NCBI GenBank assembly: GCA_045862955.1
Contig: BTVI01000009.1
Coordinates: 1-64,000, forward strand
Direction: 5' to 3'
From: Fimbriimonadales bacterium
Lineage (GTDB): Bacteria > Armatimonadota > Fimbriimonadia > Fimbriimonadales > JABRVX01
Length of the DNA stretch: 64,000 nt
Both the position numbers and the translations under genes were made by a program. Shown piece by piece: positions 43,258 to 53,305 of this stretch; position 1 is the first letter of the stretch; each line of letters begins with the position of its first letter. The notes under the pieces were generated by a model. It was not told where the DNA came from. It did not search any database and saw only the letters and a list, made by a program, of their open reading frames with translations.

Positions 43258-45044
43258 GCTACTTGTTCGCGGTATCGCTGGGTCCGGTACAGGGCTTCAT
43301 CCAAGCGGCTCGAAAGACGCGGGACCTTTGGTATGGCTCCGAGATGCTGAGCGAGATGTCACGCGAGGTGGCGAAGATGCTGCGTGACCGTGGCGCCGAG
43401 CTGATCTTCCCCTCGCCACAAGCGCTAGAGATGGACCACAGCGGTGCACAGCCAACGGGGAGTCGGCAGCCTGCAATCGCCAACAAGATACTGGTGGAGG
43501 TGAGCACGAACCCCCAGCCACTGGCAGAAGCCGTCGGGCAGGTGGTAAGCGAGTTCCTCGATAAGCAGCGGAATGCCGCAGTGGCGAAGGCGAAGGGTCA
43601 CCTCGAGGGCGTACTGAAAGAAGAGCCAATGGGCTCGCAGGTAGCTGCCTTCCCTGAGGTGTACTGCGCATGGTGGCCGATGAACGGAGACTACGAGTGC
43701 GCTCGCTTGGAGGTGGACCGGCTGCTAGCAGGGCGCAAAGCCCTTCGCGATTTCGCACCGAACAACGGCATCGCAGGTCGCCCTAAGTCTTCCCTAGATG
43801 GAGCCCTCGAGTCGGTCACGTACGATACGTCGAAGTTTGACCCTGTCAGGCTAAGGGCGATCGGCTTGAGGCCGGGCGAGGAGTTGGATGGCGTATCGCT
43901 GATCAAGCGTGTGAATGCAGGCGAACGCTTCGTGTCCGTGTCCAGAGTGGCTGTGGACCCGTTCGTGCGCCATCTGAAAGAGAACAAGCCTGACGTGCTC
44001 AACGCACTCTGCGACAGCGCGCAGACACTGACGGGTACCGACTGGGTGCAAAGATTCAAGGCGGAAGGACGGCTCAAACACTACGATGCCTTTCCATACG
44101 ACACCCAACTCTTCTACGGTCCGCCGACCAAACTGGAAGCGAGCGAGGCCCCGGAGCTTGCACCGCAAGCAGAGAACTTCTACAAGATTGCCTCCGGCGC
44201 CGGCTCGCCGCCCCTGTACTACGCGGTGCTGCAGGGTGACGGCGACCGAATGGGAAAGGTACTCGGAAGCCTCGGGGTCAAGGAGAAGCATCAGGAGTTC
44301 TCTTCCAAGCTTGTGGATTTCGCATCTGCGGCGGCCGACATCGTCGCGAATCACCACGGCGCACTGGTCTACAGCGGTGGCGATGACGTATTGGCCTTCT
44401 TGCCCCTCGACCAAGCGCTCGAGTGCGCGGATGAGCTTCAGAGAGAGTTTCGCCGCGTTCTGAGTGCATTCGAGGGTGCGACATTCACCTGCGGCATAGC
44501 AATCTGCCACTACTCCGAACACCTACAGAACGCGCTGCGCTGGGCGAGAGATGCCGAAAGAGCCGGCAAGAAAGTTCGTAACGCCATCGGCATCCACCTT
44601 CATACACGTACCGCTGGCGAGGAGAAGGTGGAAGTAGTGGACGAGTGGGGAGAGGACCCGGCAGTCCAGAATGCCGAAGGCGCGAGAAAGCATGGTGCCA
44701 CCGTCAGCCGTCTGCTGGAGTGGGTGAACCTCTTGCGCGAAGACCGCATCCCGGACGGTGCCATCTTTCAGTTACGGGCTCTACATCGTGAGTTTCGTGA
44801 TAGCGGAGTAACCGAAGTGGAAGTTCTTCAGAAGGAGGCGATGCGCATCATCGGGAGAAAGCGCGCCGAGAAGGGCACTAAGCCGCTAGACGAAGAAGAC
44901 AAGAAGCGGATCGAGAACAGTATGTTCTCCCAGCCAATCGGCGATTTGAACGCAGCTCTCGATAGCGTCGACCGCTTCGTCAACGAGATGATCATCGCCC
45001 GCCATATCGCAAGAGCGAAAGACGTGGTGGAGAAAGGAGCGTAG
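43254..45044 (+). CDS. cmr2: Type III-B Cas10/Cmr2, no HD domain
   Basis: Begins directly with LGPVQGFIQAARKTRDLWYGS; YYAVLQGDGDRMGK; LVYSGGDDVLA. Confidence 0.95.
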   Translation: MSYLFAVSLGPVQGFIQAARKTRDLWYGSEMLSEMSREVAKMLRDRGAELIFPSPQALEMDHSGAQPTGSRQPAIANKILVEVSTNPQPLAEAVGQVVSEFLDKQRNAAVAKAKGHLEGVLKEEPMGSQVAAFPEVYCAWWPMNGDYECARLEVDRLLAGRKALRDFAPNNGIAGRPKSSLDGALESVTYDTSKFDPVRLRAIGLRPGEELDGVSLIKRVNAGERFVSVSRVAVDPFVRHLKENKPDVLNALCDSAQTLTGTDWVQRFKAEGRLKHYDAFPYDTQLFYGPPTKLEASEAPELAPQAENFYKIASGAGSPPLYYAVLQGDGDRMGKVLGSLGVKEKHQEFSSKLVDFASAAADIVANHHGALVYSGGDDVLAFLPLDQALECADELQREFRRVLSAFEGATFTCGIAICHYSEHLQNALRWARDAERAGKKVRNAIGIHLHTRTAGEEKVEVVDEWGEDPAVQNAEGARKHGATVSRLLEWVNLLREDRIPDGAIFQLRALHREFRDSGVTEVEVLQKEAMRIIGRKRAEKGTKPLDEEDKKRIENSMFSQPIGDLNAALDSVDRFVNEMIIARHIARAKDVVEKGA

Positions 45045-45046
45045 CC

Positions 45047-46249
45047 ATGGATACTACCTATCTCATCGAACCGAGAGATCCGATCCTCGCGCGGGATGCC
45101 AGGCCGTTCTCGGCCCAGCCAGGTGCGTTCGCACAGAGCCTGCCTTGGCCGCTACCTTCCACTACCACGGGTGCCATCCGCACCTATCTTGGCGGAGACT
45201 GGAGTCAGAACCCCGCAGAGAAGGCGGCCCAGATGCTACACGTATCCGTCCACGGCCCGCTATTGGTTGCTAAGAGGGAGGGCGGACAGTGGCAGGTGTA
45301 TTATCCAGCTCCGGCAGACGCTGTTATCTATGATACGCAGGCAGAGGGCGCTGTGGGTGATCCTAATAGGAAGCCGAAGAAGGTGATGAACCTTCTCCCC
45401 CTTCCGCGGCTGCCGGAGGGTGCGGGCTGCAATCTGCCGGATGGACTACTACCAGTTTGTGTTACCGAAGACGTCAAGCCATCGCCGGAGTTCGCTTTCT
45501 GGTCGCACGAGTACACCACGGCCCAATTAGCTAGCTCAACTCCCGGAGAGGATCCGCCTACCGAGGGCATCAAGGACTTGCCCAAGGACTCCCGAGTGCA
45601 CGTGAGCATAAACCCGGAAACGAAGACGGGTGTCGAAGGACGCCTCTTCGCTACGACCTCGCTAGTCTTCCCTGACGGACCCCTTGTCGACAGAGGCACC
45701 AAGGTCGGCTGGCAAGAGATCGGTATGATATGCAAGGTTGTAGGAGCTCCCAACGGCATCGCTCGCCGATTGCAGCCTCTCGCCGGCGAAAAGCGCCTCG
45801 CCTACATCACTCCTGGAGACGGACTCTGGCCCACGATCCCAAAGGAGCTCGTCGAGGCCTGTTCTAGCAGCACGAAGTTGAAGCTCCAGTTGGTTACCCC
45901 TGCCATCTTCGAGCATGGATGGAAGCCAGGATGGTTGAAAGATGGCTTGTTAGGCACGCCGCCTGGGCTGGACGGAATTAGCCTAAAGTTGGTATCGGCT
46001 GCGGTACCCCGACGCGGCGCAGTGAGCGGGTGGGATTACAAGGCGAAGGGCCCGAAGCCCTCGCGATTCCTCGCTCCCGCCGGCAGCGTCTACTTCTTCG
46101 AAGTCGCGAGTGGAAGCCTAACAGAACAGGTAGTTCGTTCTCTTTGGCTTTCCTCGGTTTCTGATAGCGAGCAAGACCGCCGCGACGGTTTCGGCCTCGC
46201 GATACCTGGAATATGGGATTACTATAAGGAGGATACGAGTGGACAGTAG
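45047..46249 (+). CDS. cmr3: Type III-B Cmr3 (Cas5 group)
   Basis: IEPRDP..ARDARPF, P.PST..GAIRT, LAGEKR, LVTPAIF..GW.P, PAGSVYFF, DGFG. Confidence 0.93.
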   Translation: MDTTYLIEPRDPILARDARPFSAQPGAFAQSLPWPLPSTTTGAIRTYLGGDWSQNPAEKAAQMLHVSVHGPLLVAKREGGQWQVYYPAPADAVIYDTQAEGAVGDPNRKPKKVMNLLPLPRLPEGAGCNLPDGLLPVCVTEDVKPSPEFAFWSHEYTTAQLASSTPGEDPPTEGIKDLPKDSRVHVSINPETKTGVEGRLFATTSLVFPDGPLVDRGTKVGWQEIGMICKVVGAPNGIARRLQPLAGEKRLAYITPGDGLWPTIPKELVEACSSSTKLKLQLVTPAIFEHGWKPGWLKDGLLGTPPGLDGISLKLVSAAVPRRGAVSGWDYKAKGPKPSRFLAPAGSVYFFEVASGSLTEQVVRSLWLSSVSDSEQDRRDGFGLAIPGIWDYYKEDTSGQ

Positions 46250-47204
46250 AATACTCTTCATCCACGGCCTGAGCCCCATTCATTCGGGGACCGGTCAGGC
46301 CGTCGACGTGATTGACCTGCCGATCGCACGCGAGAGGACCACCGGCTGGCCCTACCTCCCCGGCTCGAGCATCAAAGGCGTCCTCCGCGATGCATGCAGA
46401 CTAGCTATGTTAGAGGACCTCAAAGGGACGGACGGACAAGTCCAGCACTCGGACGAACAATCCGCCGAGGGGGTAGCCAAGAGCTCCGAGGAAAAGCTCC
46501 AACTGCATGGAGACTACCGCCTCTACAAAGAAGCCTTCGGCCCTGAGGACAAGCCGGAGGAGCATGCAGGAGCACTCGCCTTCGGTGATGCGCGCATCCT
46601 CTGCATGCCCGTGCGCTCCTTCGCTGGCACCTTCGCCTGGACCACCTGCCCAATGGTGCTAAAGAGGGTCCAGCGCGACGACATGAATGCGGGTCTCGGG
46701 GAGATGCCGGAGCTTACTGAGACGCTAAGCTACGAGGAGGGGGCGGTCGCTCGAGACTCGGTTGTGGTCCATCGAGGCAAGGTATACCTGGAAGATCTCG
46801 ACGTGTCAATCAAGACAGGTGCGGACGCAGCAGACCTAGCAGACATGCTGAGTGCCGAGCTGTTCGGCGAGTCGGACTGGCAGCAGGCCTTCCGCGAGCG
46901 ATTCGTAGTGGTCTCCGACGACCTGTTCAGCTACCTCTGTGAGACGACTACGGAGATTACGGCTAGGGTCAGGTTGCGGCGAGATACTAAGACCGTAGCT
47001 ACGGGTGCGTTGTGGTACGAGGAGGCGCTACCCACTGAGTCGATACTGTATTCTCCTCTCATCGCCAACCCCAGGCCTCCCGTAACCCCCGTGGAGCTGT
47101 TCAACTTCATCTCTCCCAAGTTGGATCGGCCGGTGCAGATAGGCGGTAATGCCAGCGTCGGCCGCGGGCTGGCCACATTCAGGCTTCGAGGTGAGCGGTC
47201 ATGA
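46239..47204 (+). CDS. cmr4: Type III-B Cmr4 (Cas7 group RNase)
   Basis: HSGTG...VIDLPIARE (catalytic-position Asp), PGSSIKGVLR, GALWYEE.LP, QIGGNASVGRG. Confidence 0.95.
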   Translation: MDSRILFIHGLSPIHSGTGQAVDVIDLPIARERTTGWPYLPGSSIKGVLRDACRLAMLEDLKGTDGQVQHSDEQSAEGVAKSSEEKLQLHGDYRLYKEAFGPEDKPEEHAGALAFGDARILCMPVRSFAGTFAWTTCPMVLKRVQRDDMNAGLGEMPELTETLSYEEGAVARDSVVVHRGKVYLEDLDVSIKTGADAADLADMLSAELFGESDWQQAFRERFVVVSDDLFSYLCETTTEITARVRLRRDTKTVATGALWYEEALPTESILYSPLIANPRPPVTPVELFNFISPKLDRPVQIGGNASVGRGLATFRLRGERS

Positions 47205-47626
47205 CGAGGCGGCAAGAATACATGGCGCAAGCGCTAAGAAATGTTCGGGAGGTGGAAAAGCTTTCTGAAAAGCTTTCTGGCCGGATACCCAAGATTTACG
47301 GGGGTCTTTGCCATAAGCTCCCTGTTCTCGTCAGAGCGTGCGGTCTATGCCAGACTGTAGCTTTCCTGGAGGCAAAGTCCGAGTCGAAAGACAGAGAGCG
47401 CGCGGAGGCCTATCTGAGGATGTGCGGCCACGTGAAGGAGATGCTCGAGAAGCATGGTGGTGTCAAGGTCGCTGCTCAGACTCTCTCCGAGGCTGTTGCC
47501 GGGCTTGAGATCAGAGAGTACTCATTTGCTACGCGTTGCATCCTACAGGCATGGGTTTTCTACAAGAGATTTGCAGAGTCGATCCTCAAGGTTGCTAACG
47601 CCCAGGAGGACGAGCATGGCAGCTAG
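47201..47626 (+). CDS. cmr5: Type III-B small subunit Cmr5 (Cas11)
   Basis: Y......LP.LV...GL.QTVAF, Y..AT......W...KRFAES; between cmr4 and cmr6. Confidence 0.9.
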   Translation: MTRRQEYMAQALRNVREVEKLSEKLSGRIPKIYGGLCHKLPVLVRACGLCQTVAFLEAKSESKDRERAEAYLRMCGHVKEMLEKHGGVKVAAQTLSEAVAGLEIREYSFATRCILQAWVFYKRFAESILKVANAQEDEHGS

Positions 47627-48737
47627 CTTCGTGGCGTCTCGCCGAGGTCTTGCAGCCGTGCAAGATGGTGCTGTCAGAGACAACCCAGGCCTGGCACTCG
47701 AGAGATCACTCTCGTTGCTCGGTGACGACATGGCGGCCCGCGAAAGCGAGCAACGCTTACGGGACAAAATAACAGAACCGATGCCGGCGGAGCTTGCCCT
47801 CTTGTACCTCAAGGCCTATAAGCGCTGGCGGAGCTGCCTAAACTCCTTGCCAGGGCCTGTTCTCACGCGAGAGGTGCGCACCCTGGACCGTGTCATCGTC
47901 GGACTCGGCAGTGAGAGCGTGTTGGAGACCTCCATCACCCTCAACCGTATCTATGGCGTGCCCATCCTCCCCGGCTCAGCACTGAAAGGTGTCGCTAGGT
48001 CCTATTATGAGAACGAGCTCAGACCTGCCGACCCCGAAGAACGCAAAAAGCACCGGGAGACGGGTGACGACCTCTTCGGCTGGGAGGCCAAGGAGGGTGA
48101 GCAGGGCAAAGAAAAGGAAGAAGCCAAGTCCGGCTGCGTCACCTTCTTCGATGCATGGTACATACCAGGCTCCACCAAAGACGACAAGCCCCTACGACCA
48201 GACGTCATCACCGTGCACCACCCGGCATACTACCAGAACTCCGGACAAGAGCCCCCTACGGACTTCGACGATCCGACTCCCGTCGGCTTCATCAGCGCTC
48301 GTGGCTCGTTCCTTCTCGCAGTGCAGGGCCCGGACGAGCAGTGGACGAACCTCGCCATGGAGGTCCTCACCCGAGCACTCGCGCACTACGGAGTCGGCGG
48401 AAAGACCTCCAGCGGATACGGTCGTCTCGTCCCCAGCACTACCGCGCAGGGTCCAAGCAGCCAGAGCACTACCGACCGTCCCCAGCCAGCACCGGACCCG
48501 CTTTCTGACCCGGAGGTGGAGCAGGTGAAGACCACCCCGCCCAACCAAGTCAGGAGCCGCATCGCTAACTGGCTCCAGAAGTTCAACCAACGTTGCAAAA
48601 CCGACGTCGGCAAGGCTCGGGCACTGGCGGAGGCCATAAGAGAGAGAGTGGAGGCGAGTGGCATAGCGGATCAGCTCGGCATGGACCAACGCAACTATCG
48701 CATGATGATCGAGTGGTTGGAGGCTCAGGGGAAGTAA
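47616..48737 (+). CDS. cmr6: Type III-B Cmr6 with C-terminal extension
   Basis: AGGAGG RBS; IVGLG..SVLETSITL...YGVP.LPGSALKG, DVITVHH..YY, D..DP.PV.F, GVGGKTSSGYG. Confidence 0.93.
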   Translation: MAASFVASRRGLAAVQDGAVRDNPGLALERSLSLLGDDMAARESEQRLRDKITEPMPAELALLYLKAYKRWRSCLNSLPGPVLTREVRTLDRVIVGLGSESVLETSITLNRIYGVPILPGSALKGVARSYYENELRPADPEERKKHRETGDDLFGWEAKEGEQGKEKEEAKSGCVTFFDAWYIPGSTKDDKPLRPDVITVHHPAYYQNSGQEPPTDFDDPTPVGFISARGSFLLAVQGPDEQWTNLAMEVLTRALAHYGVGGKTSSGYGRLVPSTTAQGPSSQSTTDRPQPAPDPLSDPEVEQVKTTPPNQVRSRIANWLQKFNQRCKTDVGKARALAEAIRERVEASGIADQLGMDQRNYRMMIEWLEAQGK

Positions 48738-48747
48738 GTGAACGGCC

Positions 48748-49671
48748 ATGATGTATCCTACTCCCGTAGGCTGTCTGAATCTAGACATACCGGTGCCTGA
48801 TCCCGCCGACGCACTAGATCTCACCACTCTGGATGTTATCATGCAGGTGGGCGAGAAGCCACTGCGTTTCGTCAACTTCCCAGGCCTTGCGTGGCGATCC
48901 GTCTTCGGCTATGCGCTGAGAACGCTTACGTGCTTATCCGCAAACGACTCTGCTTGTGAGCAAGCCTGCGCCCACCCAAAGCTCTGTCTCTACGGTCGCA
49001 TCTTCAGCCCACCTCGTATCGAAGAACCGGCTCGAGGATTCCAGGACCCTCCTCGCCCGTACGTGGTGCAGCTTCCCAAGCCAAAGCATGGAATGGGGCA
49101 ACCTTTCACGCGGTACGACCTGCGTATCAACCTGATCGGTCCCGCAACGCATGCTGTTGAGGCTGTCGTTGCCGCACTCCGCCTAGCGTGCGAAAGGGGC
49201 ATCGGGCCGGACCGAGCTAGGCTAAGCGTAATCCAAGATGTTCGAACGAGCTGGAGCCGGCCGGAATGCGACCTCGATACCGAAAGCATCACCCTAGAGT
49301 TCGTGACACCTACACAACTCCGCGTGGGTGGTAGCCTCGTTACTTCGCCAGAGTTCTCCTACATCGTCCGGGGAATCCTTCGAAGGGTTATCCCACTGTC
49401 TGAGCTGTACGGCACACCGCTGGAAGTCTCGGCCGACCGACTGATCGCGGCTGCTCACGACGTGAAAATCGATCGCGCGAATATCGCTTGGTACGACATC
49501 GAGAGAAAGACCCGAAGGCCAGACAAGAAAATGGTACTAGACGGCTTCGCTGGCACCGTCCGCTACGTCGGCGATATCGGACAATTCCTGCCGTGGTTGT
49601 ACCTGGGCTCGGCTCTCAACGTCGGAAAGCATGCTACCTTCGGCATGGGACACTTCGAGGTGCACCCGTGA
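48748..49671 (+). CDS. cas6: crRNA-processing endoribonuclease Cas6
   Basis: G..WRS.FG.AL, C.Y..IF, PRPYV, LEFVTP, C-terminal glycine loop VGKHATFGMG. Confidence 0.9.
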   Translation: MMYPTPVGCLNLDIPVPDPADALDLTTLDVIMQVGEKPLRFVNFPGLAWRSVFGYALRTLTCLSANDSACEQACAHPKLCLYGRIFSPPRIEEPARGFQDPPRPYVVQLPKPKHGMGQPFTRYDLRINLIGPATHAVEAVVAALRLACERGIGPDRARLSVIQDVRTSWSRPECDLDTESITLEFVTPTQLRVGGSLVTSPEFSYIVRGILRRVIPLSELYGTPLEVSADRLIAAAHDVKIDRANIAWYDIERKTRRPDKKMVLDGFAGTVRYVGDIGQFLPWLYLGSALNVGKHATFGMGHFEVHP

Positions 49672-51122
49672 GCGACACGGTATTCGCACTCGGTCTCTCT
49701 GGATTGCAGGACTTCGTGTATGACGTAGAAGCGGAGGATGCAGCGCGCAGACTGCGCATACGCTCAGCCATACTAACGCTCGCGCCAGCTCTCGTCGCAT
49801 CTCGGTTGCGGCAGCTGACACAGCCAGGACTCGAACCCTACTACCTGGGTGGAGGCCAGTTACTGACGTCATGCTCATCCCAGGCTCTATCCCAGATCGA
49901 ACCGGAGTTGCGCAGTCTCCAAGAGTGGCTACTCGTGCATTCCGCTGGGCGCATCCTACTGTACTGGACATCAGTACCTCGCTCGGACGATGTCAAAAAT
50001 GATCTGCAAGAAATCATCCGCGCAGTCCTCCGAGCAAAATGGCAAAGTGGTAGGCATCAATCCGAGTGGTTGGCTCACGCTTCACGGTTGGACCCACTCG
50101 ACCCGAAGCGAGGAGCGCTGGGAGATCCGCAGTGGGAAGCAGACATCGGTAGGGAACTAGTGCGGGCCGGCGGCTTCACTGGCTTCCGGCTGGTCAATGG
50201 CGGTGACGGGTGGCCCGTGGGCCCATGGATGGTCCAGCCGGTGTCCGATGGCGAGTCTGACATTCGTATCCAGCAAGGTGCAGACGACCTCGGCATCGTC
50301 ATCGGCCTCCCGACACATGTTCCCACCTACCAGACCGGAGATATCATTCCCTTCGACCAGATGGCAGCCCAGGGAACCGGTGCGAGCTACCTCGCAGCGC
50401 TCAAGTTGGACGGTGACCACATGGGCAAGAGCATGGCAGCAGCTCTGGCCCAAAGCGCCGATGAGTATCTGAGTCGTAGCCGAGCCGTGCGTGCGTTTTT
50501 CGCCGTCACGGTGCCCAGGCTCTTTCGCGACGAGTTTCCCAACGTGTATCTCATCTACTCCGGCGGAGACGACCTAGCAGCCGTCGGCCACTTCCACGAT
50601 CTGCTCAGAGCCGCATACCGAATAAACCAAGAGTACTCCCAGCAAGGGCTAGGCACTCTATCGGCCGGGATCACAGCGTTTCACCGTAAGTCTCCAGTAC
50701 GCTTGGCCATGGACGTCGCGAACAATCTGCTCGAAGGGCACGCCAAGAAAGACAGAAATCGAGTGTGCGTCTTCGGCGAGACACTCACCTGGGACCAACT
50801 CGATGTTGTCATACGAGAGGCAGAGGTGTTGGCCCAGTCCGTCGAGCAGGAACCGGACGGCCTGCCGCGAGGCATGCTACAGCTACTTATGCAGCTAGAC
50901 TCGCTTTACACGTCGCAGATTGACTGGCTGAAGAAAGTTCGCTTTCGTGCATTTCCACTGATCCAGTACTTCCGAGCACGCCGCCTAAAAGCAGAGGGAC
51001 TCTCTACGGAAGCCGCTACGATATTCTACAACCTGGAGGGTGGACACGACCCCACTTGGAATCGTATCGGACTGGTGGCTCTGCTCGCAGCATGGCTAAC
51101 TAAGCCACAGGAGAACGAATAA
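49668..51122 (+). CDS. cas10: Short Csm1-type Cas10 (about 484 aa), no HD domain
   Basis: GTG overlapping cas6 stop; LSGLQDFVY....AARRLRIRS, YYLGGG, LKLDGDHMG, YLIYSGGDDL, TLSAGI, AK..RNRVCVFG..LTW. Confidence 0.85.
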   Translation: MSDTVFALGLSGLQDFVYDVEAEDAARRLRIRSAILTLAPALVASRLRQLTQPGLEPYYLGGGQLLTSCSSQALSQIEPELRSLQEWLLVHSAGRILLYWTSVPRSDDVKNDLQEIIRAVLRAKWQSGRHQSEWLAHASRLDPLDPKRGALGDPQWEADIGRELVRAGGFTGFRLVNGGDGWPVGPWMVQPVSDGESDIRIQQGADDLGIVIGLPTHVPTYQTGDIIPFDQMAAQGTGASYLAALKLDGDHMGKSMAAALAQSADEYLSRSRAVRAFFAVTVPRLFRDEFPNVYLIYSGGDDLAAVGHFHDLLRAAYRINQEYSQQGLGTLSAGITAFHRKSPVRLAMDVANNLLEGHAKKDRNRVCVFGETLTWDQLDVVIREAEVLAQSVEQEPDGLPRGMLQLLMQLDSLYTSQIDWLKKVRFRAFPLIQYFRARRLKAEGLSTEAATIFYNLEGGHDPTWNRIGLVALLAAWLTKPQENE

Positions 51123-51574
51123 TGAACTCGATGAGGAAAGCCTTCCAACAAGCCGGGGTCGGCGGAGGTGGTCCCCAAGGGGAAAGGCCTCGCTTAGACC
51201 ATCAAAAGATGACGGAGTACTACGATCAAGACGGCTGCATCCGCAGAGAGGTATACGTAGACTGGCCGAAGGAGATAGTAAGGGCTTTGTCCGAAGCCAG
51301 AGTCACGCGTAGTCGGCTGCGAAAGCTCTATGAACAAGTACTGGCGACCAAGGCGCGCCTAAGACTGGGTCACGAGAGTGACACCCAAGTTCTCCGATCT
51401 GGACTACTGCAGCTGCGCCGCGCCGCCGAACATCTCGGTGCCAGACAACCACCTCTACCACGTGTCGCAGTGGACTTCGTCGTCATTCATACGGATCGTG
51501 TTCGTGAAGACCCGAAGCTCTTCATCGGCTTCTTCGAGCTATTCCAAAGTGTCTACGCGTACATGCCGCGATAG
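51122..51574 (+). CDS. csm2: Type III-A small subunit Csm2 (Cas11)
   Basis: VTRSRLRKLY, F..FFE....VYAY; lies between cas10 and csm3. Confidence 0.8.
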   Translation: MNSMRKAFQQAGVGGGGPQGERPRLDHQKMTEYYDQDGCIRREVYVDWPKEIVRALSEARVTRSRLRKLYEQVLATKARLRLGHESDTQVLRSGLLQLRRAAEHLGARQPPLPRVAVDFVVIHTDRVREDPKLFIGFFELFQSVYAYMPR

Positions 51575-51586
51575 GAGGTAAGTAGA

Positions 51587-52318
51587 ATGCCATCTCATCT
51601 CAGCCACTACGTCGCCCTCAACGCGCGAATGAAAGTTCTCAACGGCCTCAGAGTTGGATCCGGAGCCGAGACCATGGAGATCGGTGCCCTAGACAATCCT
51701 ATCATCCGACACCCGTTCTCCAGGCAACCGTATATCCCTGGTTCGTCGCTAAAGGGCAAACTGCGCTCCCTCTTGGAGATCAAAGGCATCACGACTACCA
51801 ATCACCCGGCCAAGCCGCAACGCAGACAAGGCCCTTGCGGATGCGGGAAGTGCGTTGTATGCTGGTTGTTCGGCTCCGGCGACGTGCGCAACACCGCTGA
51901 GCCCACACGTCTGATCTTCCGAGATGCCTTCCTAACTGCCCAGCATCGTGATAAGCTGAGCAGCCTGCTGGAGCAAGGCGTCCTTTATAGCGAAACCAAG
52001 TCCGAAGTCGTCATGGACCGCGTCACCGGCAAGGTTGCCAGTGTGGGCCCGCGCACCATGGATCGCATCATGGCAGGCACCGAGCTCGACTTGTGCATCT
52101 CGATCCGCGTCTTCGAGGGTGATGATGTCGAAGAAATCAAAGAAGTCCTCATCGCCGCTCTCAAGATGCTGCATCGAGACACCCTAGGCGGCTCTGGCAC
52201 CCGAGGCTACGGATGGGTGGGCTTCCCGAAGGTAGTGTTCGGAAGCGAAGACATCACTTCCGAGATTCACACCCCCGAAGAGCTCGAGAGAATGAGCCAA
52301 ATTAGTCTCGATAAGTGA
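51587..52318 (+). CDS. csm3: Type III-A Csm3 (Cas7 group)
   Basis: GLRVG....EIGALDNPIIR (catalytic-position Asp), PYIPGSSLKGKLRSLLE, ETKSE...DR, LGGSGTRGYG; AGGAGG RBS. Confidence 0.93.
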   Translation: MPSHLSHYVALNARMKVLNGLRVGSGAETMEIGALDNPIIRHPFSRQPYIPGSSLKGKLRSLLEIKGITTTNHPAKPQRRQGPCGCGKCVVCWLFGSGDVRNTAEPTRLIFRDAFLTAQHRDKLSSLLEQGVLYSETKSEVVMDRVTGKVASVGPRTMDRIMAGTELDLCISIRVFEGDDVEEIKEVLIAALKMLHRDTLGGSGTRGYGWVGFPKVVFGSEDITSEIHTPEELERMSQISLDK

Positions 52319-53190
52319 TGAACTGGTACGAAGTCCAAATCACGCCGCTCGCGCCATTCCGCACCCCGTGGCGTAACGATACCATCTGGGGACGCCTCAC
52401 ATGGGCCGTCGCCCAAGAGGCTATCGCCTCCTGGAATATCCATCGCTGGCTCCAGGCCTACCGCGACGGAAACCCTCCGCTGGTGGTTGCCGACGGATTT
52501 CCTAGGACCGGCTTTCCCCTGCCCGCAGCATGGCACACCCTACCAACGAAGGACGATCACAAACCACCCGAGGTCATAACTTTCGAGGAGCTAACACGCC
52601 TCTCCAAAGGCAACGGCCACCCCATCGAGAGCGGGCAGCCCCTAAGACCTTCTTCGCGACTACATGTCTCTCTCTCCCGAAGCACCGGCTGCGCAGTAGA
52701 CGGAAGTCTCTACGTGGCAGATGCATACCTGCCTCCAGAAGACGTGCCCATCAGCGTCGTCACGCTGCTAGATCACGGCCTGACTCCTAGAGACCTCGAG
52801 GCCCTGTGGCAGCATGTGGCCAGCGAAGGCTGGGGCAAAGGGCGCTCGACTGGCTATGGTGCATTTCGGTTAGACGGCGTGACACCTCTCGAGCCGCCGG
52901 CGCAAGACGCAAACGGCTTCGTCACACTGGGACACATCATACCAAACGATGACCTACCACTCGATGGTCTGTGGCGATGGAGCGGCATCAAGACGGTCCC
53001 ACACGATCCCGATACCGGTCTCACGATGTTCCCTCCGCTGTTTTCTGTCGCACTCAGACCAGGAGCTTGTTTTCGAGAAAAACCCCCACGCCAGTGGACC
53101 GGACGAATGCTCCTTCACCCACTAGAGGGACATCCCAACTACACACGATATGGACTCGCCCCAGCGTGGCCTATCACCTGGCCGGACTAG
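52315..53190 (+). CDS. csm4: Type III-A Csm4 (Cas5 group)
   Basis: TP...DTIWG.L.WA, PLVVADGFP, GWGKGRSTGYG.F, PGACF, G.ML. Confidence 0.82.
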   Translation: MMNWYEVQITPLAPFRTPWRNDTIWGRLTWAVAQEAIASWNIHRWLQAYRDGNPPLVVADGFPRTGFPLPAAWHTLPTKDDHKPPEVITFEELTRLSKGNGHPIESGQPLRPSSRLHVSLSRSTGCAVDGSLYVADAYLPPEDVPISVVTLLDHGLTPRDLEALWQHVASEGWGKGRSTGYGAFRLDGVTPLEPPAQDANGFVTLGHIIPNDDLPLDGLWRWSGIKTVPHDPDTGLTMFPPLFSVALRPGACFREKPPRQWTGRMLLHPLEGHPNYTRYGLAPAWPITWPD

Positions 53191-53256
53191 CTCCACCACA
53201 TCGCGCACATTGACAAGCACATAACGATCTCGCCAGAGGCCAATTCCTAGCAATCG

Positions 53257-53282
53257 GGGGTCGGGCGGCCCCGCCCGACCCC
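53257..53282. promoter_or_regulatory. Perfect GC-rich hairpin between csm4 and cas1
   Basis: ggggtcgggcgg-cc-ccgcccgacccc; no U-tract. Confidence 0.45.
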
Positions 53283-53305
53283 ACCTTAGCCAGATCGGTT
53301 CCAAG

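Noticed and set aside
49488..49667. N-terminal extension of the second Cas10 as a remnant HD domain
   Set aside because: It overlaps cas6 out of frame, is Arg-rich and has no HD motif; GTG 49668 is the better start.
53210..53240. Sigma70 promoter for cas1 from TTGACA at 53210
   Set aside because: No acceptable -10 element at the expected spacing.
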